From positions 41,044,001 through 41,108,000 of the forward strand of contig OZ024757.1 of the NCBI GenBank assembly GCA_964016885.1: 64,000 nucleotides of DNA, read 5' to 3'. Origin of the DNA: Eledone cirrhosa. Lineage: Eukaryota. The first letter of the stretch is position 1. Each line of letters starts with the position of its first letter. The position numbers and the translations under genes are program-made. Shown piece after piece: positions 56,210 through 64,000 of this stretch. Below the pieces are notes generated by a model. That model saw only the letters and a program-made list of their open reading frames with translations. It did not search any database and was not told the origin of the DNA.

Positions 56210-56432
56210 CCCTTTAGCATTTAAACCGGACATGTCCGGCCAGAATCCCCTCACCTCTTTCTGCTCAAACCGGCTGTAACCAACCACTCATACTGAATGC
56301 TGGTGTTAAGGTATTGTTCTTAAAATAAATATCAATCTCATAGATTCGATATTATGTGTGATAATTATATAAGGTAAAGCCTTTATCGTGAACAAATAAT
56401 AGCAAATATAGAGTAATGTAAATGCTAAAGGC
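56210..56432. mobile_element. TTAA-type MITE, family E
   Basis: TTAA|ccctttagcattta...taaatgctaaagg. Confidence 0.78.
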
Positions 56433-56934
56433 TGAATGATTGTGGAGTGATTTATTAACAATGTTTAAGCGGTTCTTCAGAAATTGGCATATACTGTGTC
56501 AATGACTTGGTTTTTAAAGGTGTTATAATAAATCTACGTAATCATCTGATAAATGCAGGAAGGTGTGGACTTGTGTGCATTCAGGGAGGTGTGCCTTCAG
56601 GCATGTACATTAGGGGGCACTACACTGTCATATTTGTTATATAGGAATTAATAAACAACACTCGGTGAGAAACCATTATTTCTGTCAGCCTCACAACATT
56701 AAGAAAGAATACAAAATATTCACAAGAATTCTAGATTGGAAATGACAATGAAATCTAGAGTCAATTTAAATACTTCATGCATAAACACCCACTGAAGTAT
56801 GTATATATATATATATATATAGGGAGAGAGAGAGATACATGTGTGTGTGTATATATATATAAATATATATATTGTATATATATATAAAAATATATATATT
56901 GTAAATATATATATATATAAATATATATATTGTA

Positions 56935-57028
<94 letters not shown>

Positions 57029-57620
57029 ATATATATATATATATATAAATATATATATTGTATATATATATATATATAAATATATATATTGTAAATATAT
57101 ATATATATAAATATATATATTGTAATTATATATATATATACACCCACATATGTATACTCTATATCCTGTTGCATCATCTAACCACATATGACATGTGATA
57201 ATCTTCTTTCAATATTTAATATAAATATTTCTCTCACAATCTATATATATAGACTTGATTAAATTCATTAATTTCATGCTAAACTGCATTGACGACTTTA
57301 AATATATATTCAATTTCCATATAATATGTTGCAACACTTCAATATATTTGACCATATGGACATCAACAAAATTATGTTGATATTTATCACTACTACATTT
57401 TTCATTTCCTATGTTATTTACTTAAGAAATATACAAAAAAAAAAGCTGCAATTGTTTTTGTTGTAATGGTGTGTCACACTTGTTTAGTGTATCTGTGCGA
57501 AAGAGGACAAAATGAAAGCAATCACCAGGCGTAATTTCGAACTACCAACGAGATCACTACAATGAGACTATGTACAGACAGTTTACCTCACAGCTCACTT
57601 CTGTTATTATTTATAGACAT

Positions 57621-58084
57621 TCTGAGCTCAAATCCCGCCAAGATTAACTTTGCCTTTCATCCTTACGGGGTCGATAAAATAAAGTACCAGTAATGCACTG
57701 GGTAATTGCTGGCCTTGTGCCAAAAAGTAGAAACAATTATATATAGACATTTTGCCTAGTCCACTTTTAGTTCACTGGGATGTTCAGGGTTTTTCCCTAC
57801 AACAGTTTTAATGTTTTTAATATATGTGACAAAAGAACTTTGAGAAACTATATTTATATTTGTATTTTTAACTGTTGGTCAAACAATGATAAACATTGAT
57901 TGCCAACTAATTATTTATAGAAATATAAAGATATACTATTCAGCAAAGAATTATGGCCTTTTATGGTCTGAGTTCAAATCCCGCCGAGGTTAACTTTACC
58001 TTTCATCCTTACGGAGTCGATAATAAAGTACCAGTTATACACTGGGATAATTGCTGGTCTTGTGCCAAAAATAGAAACAATTAT
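57621..58084 (+). mobile_element. Two 5'-truncated SINE copies
   Basis: 57621-57740 and 57950-58084. Confidence 0.8.
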
Positions 58085-59049
58085 TTATAGAAATATAAAG
58101 ATATATTGAAGCAAAAACCAAACAAAACTGAGTGTGTTTTATTGTACTTTTCTCCGAACATGACCCTACATAAATCTAACAATATTTGACAAGTATGTTT
58201 TGAAACAGCAAGTGAGTTTGAAATTAGAAATAGAAGCTTTCACTGTAGTTTTGACTAAAGAAATTTAGTCAAAAGAATGATGATGATGGTGATGATGTTG
58301 TTGACAGAATGATGGTGATGATGTTGTTGACAGAATGATGGTGATGATGTTGTTGACAGAATGATGGTGATGATGTTGTTGACAGAATGATGATGATGAT
58401 GATGATTGATAATGTTGATGATGACAGAATGATGATATTGGTGATGGTGATGATGATGATGATGATATTGATGGTGATGCTAATGTCGACGGGGTTGGTG
58501 ATGGGGATGATAACAATGCTTTCTTTATTTTATCCGACGTTCTAACGACTCTTCCAATTCCCCCAAACTGTGTGCGCGCGTGTGTGTGTGTGTGGGGGGG
58601 GGGGATAATAATGATAATGACAATGATACCGATGATGATGATAGTAATGCTACTGCTGATGATGCTGCTGCCGATGATGATGGATCAGTTTAGACTGGCT
58701 AAGTGTAGCAGCTGCACTCTGAAAATAAATGTTTTGTTCCTTCTTCCCTTTATTAGACAGTCTTAACAACTTTCTCATTATCATGAAATAAACGAAATAA
58801 AAATATAGGAATACATAAATAAAAAAACAACTAAGTAAAACAAAAGAAAAGTACAAAAATATTACTGTTGATTTAATAAGATTTAGCAGACTAAAAGAGT
58901 TAAGTTAATAAATCTTACTGTTTCAAACGTAGCCATCAGATTTACAGAAAAGAGAATACAATAAAAAAAATTTAATGAATAAAATATATATATATAAAAT
59001 AAAATAAATATAAAAATAATAATAATAAATAAAATATAAATAAAACATA

Positions 59050-59093
<44 letters not shown>

Positions 59094-59655
59094 TATAATA
59101 ATAATAAATAAGATATAATATATATATATATAATTTGTAATACACACACTCACAAACACACAGACAGACACACTATATAAGTAAACACACACACACACAA
59201 ACACACAAACACACACACACACATATATATACATATATATATACAGAGAGGGAGAGAGAATAAAATTAAAATAAATAATAAAAAAATAAAATACAAAATA
59301 AATAAAATATAATAAAAATATATATATATAATGAAAAAATATAAAAGGATAGAAATTAAATAGAAAATAAATAAAATAGATTAAATATAGAGTAAAAAAT
59401 ATACAAAAAAGAAAAGTAGAAAAAAGAAGAAATAGTAATGAGATTGATGTGTTGGTTGTTTAGACAGTAAGTGCAATAGAGTTGGTATTATCAGTAAAGA
59501 AGCAGCCATGTTAGACTTGGTATAAAGATGGTTATTGATATCGGTTCTGTCATGAAGAAAATTGTTGAGGTACTCATGCATACACAGATTACTTGGTACT
59601 TGTATATATGTGTGTGTCCCTTTGTGAGTGTGAGTAATACAAATTATATATATAT

Positions 59656-59771
<116 letters not shown>

Positions 59772-59868
59772 CGAAAAAGTCGCCGCTGATCGGACCGTTG
59801 GCAAGTACTTAATGCTCGATGCGCCGAACGGCGCGGAAGTATCTAAGAATAAGATATATATATATATA

Positions 59869-60301
59869 TATTAAAATAACAGATTAAAGTTTAACCAAAG
59901 AATCGCTGCTTTCACCCTTAACGGGATCTTCAGAAGACCCCGTTAAGGGTGAAAGCAGCGATTCTTTGCTTAAACTTTAATCTGTTATTTTAATACATAT
60001 TTGCTCTACGGTTCTTATATATTTGATATATATTTATCCTTATCGAGCCCTCTTTGGATTTTTGTCTTCGAATTTATTATTATTACTAAATATATATATG
60101 TATATATATTTATATGTATATATATATTATATATATTTTCGGGTTATAGCTACTGTTGCTCAGAGAGTGGGATTGGCTCAGTGCACAGTCTTTCCTCACT
60201 TTAAAAAATATCTTCATACACAGGCATTGCACGATAGAATTATTAATAATTATTAATAATGTAATGATGCAATGGGCATACTCGATAACGAGGGGGCAGC
60301 C

Positions 60302-60346
<45 letters not shown>

Positions 60347-60556
60347 GTAATAATAATAAATTTTAAGACTAAAATGCAAAGAGGGCTCGATAAGGATAAA
60401 TATATATCAAATATATAAGAACCGTAGAGCAAATATTTATTAAAATACAGATTAAAGTTTAAGCAAAGAATCGCTGCTTTCACCCTTAATGGGATCTTCT
60501 GAAACTAAAAAAGTCAATCTGTGACTGCAGAGAAATAAATATTTCAAAAAACGTTA
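59869..60556. mobile_element. Family D islands: fold-back copy plus a second, inverted copy
   Basis: 63-bp arms 59869-59931/59933-59995, continuing to 60087; opposite-orientation copy at 60347-60556. Confidence 0.7.
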
Positions 60557-60640
60557 ATAATTGTTTCTACTTAAGCACAAGGCCAGCAATTACCCAGTAC
60601 ATTACTGGTACTTTATTTTATCAACCCCGTGACGTATTAT

Positions 60641-60690
<50 letters not shown>

Positions 60691-60749
60691 CACGGCTCTG
60701 ATACCATCAACACTATAAACACAGAGCTGGCATATCTAAGAACTGACTA

Positions 60750-60805
60750 ACTGCCTGATGAGGTCATAGCCACTCAATGGCTCTCATCGAAATATATATA
60801 GCAGT
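60750..60805 (+). ncRNA. Type-I minimal hammerhead ribozyme
   Basis: Stem I actgc/gcagt; CTGATGA 60755-60761; stem II ggt..agcca/tggct..atc; GAAA 60789-60792; atatatat stem III; AUA site. Island 60687-60938 has aataaa and ttgagtgc (60879), with (TA)n on both sides. Confidence 0.85.
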
Positions 60806-60936
60806 AAATAAAGGATTATGAGTTCATGCAATTGACTTATGTTTTGTCACTATTATAATTCCGGAACTTATATCTTCGTTGAGTGCTCCCTATCCGCATA
60901 CTGAAGTACTGGATTTTACCAACACTTACTTTCTTG

Positions 60937-60988
<52 letters not shown>

Positions 60989-61034
60989 ATGTGTCTATGT
61001 GTCTTCATATATATGGGAACCTATGATATTTTAA

Positions 61035-61323
61035 ACCTTTAGCATTCAAACTGGCTGTATCCAGCCGGAATTCTCTCACCTCTTTCTGTTCAAACCAGCT
61101 GTAACTGGCCGCTCATACTAATGTTATGGTATTGTTCTCAAAATAAACAATATCAAAATATAGATTCCATAATATTTGAGGTAATTATGTAAGATAAAGA
61201 CTTTACTGTTAAAATACAATAGTATCAACAGAATAATGTAAATGTTATGTGAGATATTATGTGAGGTAAAGCCTTTACTGTGAAAATACAATAGTATATA
61301 TAGTGTAATGTAATGGTAAAGGG
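61035..61323. mobile_element. TTAA-type MITE, family E, with internal duplication
   Basis: TTAA|acctttagcatt...aatggtaaaggg|TTAA. Confidence 0.75.
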
Positions 61324-61490
61324 TTAAGACAGGAATAGGATGGGCCCGTGCAGGTTTAATCTGCTCACTTGTATTGTATAAACTATACATGGACATCACT
61401 TGATGAACGACACACACAAAGCAAAGAAATAAATGTCTTCAGTGTCAAATAAGAAACCGTAATTGAATGCCAAAGCAGAAGAAATAATGG

Positions 61491-61608
61491 TGGAAATATA
61501 TTATAATTTCACGTCAAGGAGGAAAATAAAGATTGGTACCTGGGAAGAATGGAAATATATTATAATTTCACGTCAAGGAGGAAAATAAAGATTGGTACCT
61601 GGGAAGAA
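61491..61608. repeat. 59-bp perfect tandem duplication
   Basis: 61491-61549 is identical to 61550-61608. Confidence 0.9.
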
Positions 61609-62177
61609 AAATGTAATTATTAATAAATCATATTTGTTTTTATTTTATTGTTTTTGAATTTTATTTTTAGTTTATTTTTGTTTTTATTTTATTTTATTTT
61701 ATTTTATTTTTGTTTCTATTTTATTTTGTTTTTATTATTGTTTTTTGTTTTTATTTTATTTTAATTTTATTTTTATTTTTTGTTTTTATTTTATTTTTGT
61801 TTTTAGTTTTTATTTTATTTTTGTAATTTTTGTTTTACTTTTGTTCATATTTTATTTTATTTTGATTTATTTTTGTTTTTAGCTTTGTTTATTTTTTATT
61901 TTATTTTATTTTATTTTTGTTATTTTTTGTTTGGTTTGGTTTGGTTCATTTTTGTTTCGTTGTTTCCTATCTATTGTCTGAAAATCTTAATGTTAATAAT
62001 GGATAACAAAAGATAGATGGGATGTAATAGGAAATGACTTGAAAGTAGCCTCAGAATGGTTAATGGAAACATTAATTTGAGACATGCTTCTAGAACCTGA
62101 TTTAGTATCAGCAAATTAAAAGAATATACTCGCAAAAGAAAGTAGCACCTCTGTATTTGTATAGTTCTATATTTTTA

Positions 62178-64000
<1,823 letters not shown>

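Overview
AT-rich eukaryotic (metazoan) intergenic or intronic DNA with no credible intact host protein-coding gene. Almost all listed ORFs are translations of (TA)n, (CA)n, (GAA)n, (CAT)n or (TAG)n microsatellites. The repeat spectrum resembles octopod cephalopod genomes (inference only). Recognisable content: about 20 copies of a tRNA-derived SINE, two RTE-like LINE 3'-end families, a 5'-truncated CRE-like retroelement between long direct repeats, a decayed Helitron PIF1 helicase and a Helitron-type 3' end, TTAA-flanked MITEs, a TTAGGG-containing MITE, and several minisatellites derived from transposon segments. The main signal is a set of short (170-350 bp) islands of several unrelated sequence families, mostly embedded in (TA)n tracts, that carry type-I minimal hammerhead ribozyme (HHR) folds. 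I count seven with complete core and stems and about ten truncated or decayed ones. They show stem-II covariation, palindromic stem III and a shared downstream GAGTGC/GAGTAC motif, and several form fold-back inversions centred on the ribozyme. They fit Penelope-like pseudo-LTR or retrozyme-type non-autonomous elements targeting TA microsatellites. All folds were done by eye; none was computed or tested.
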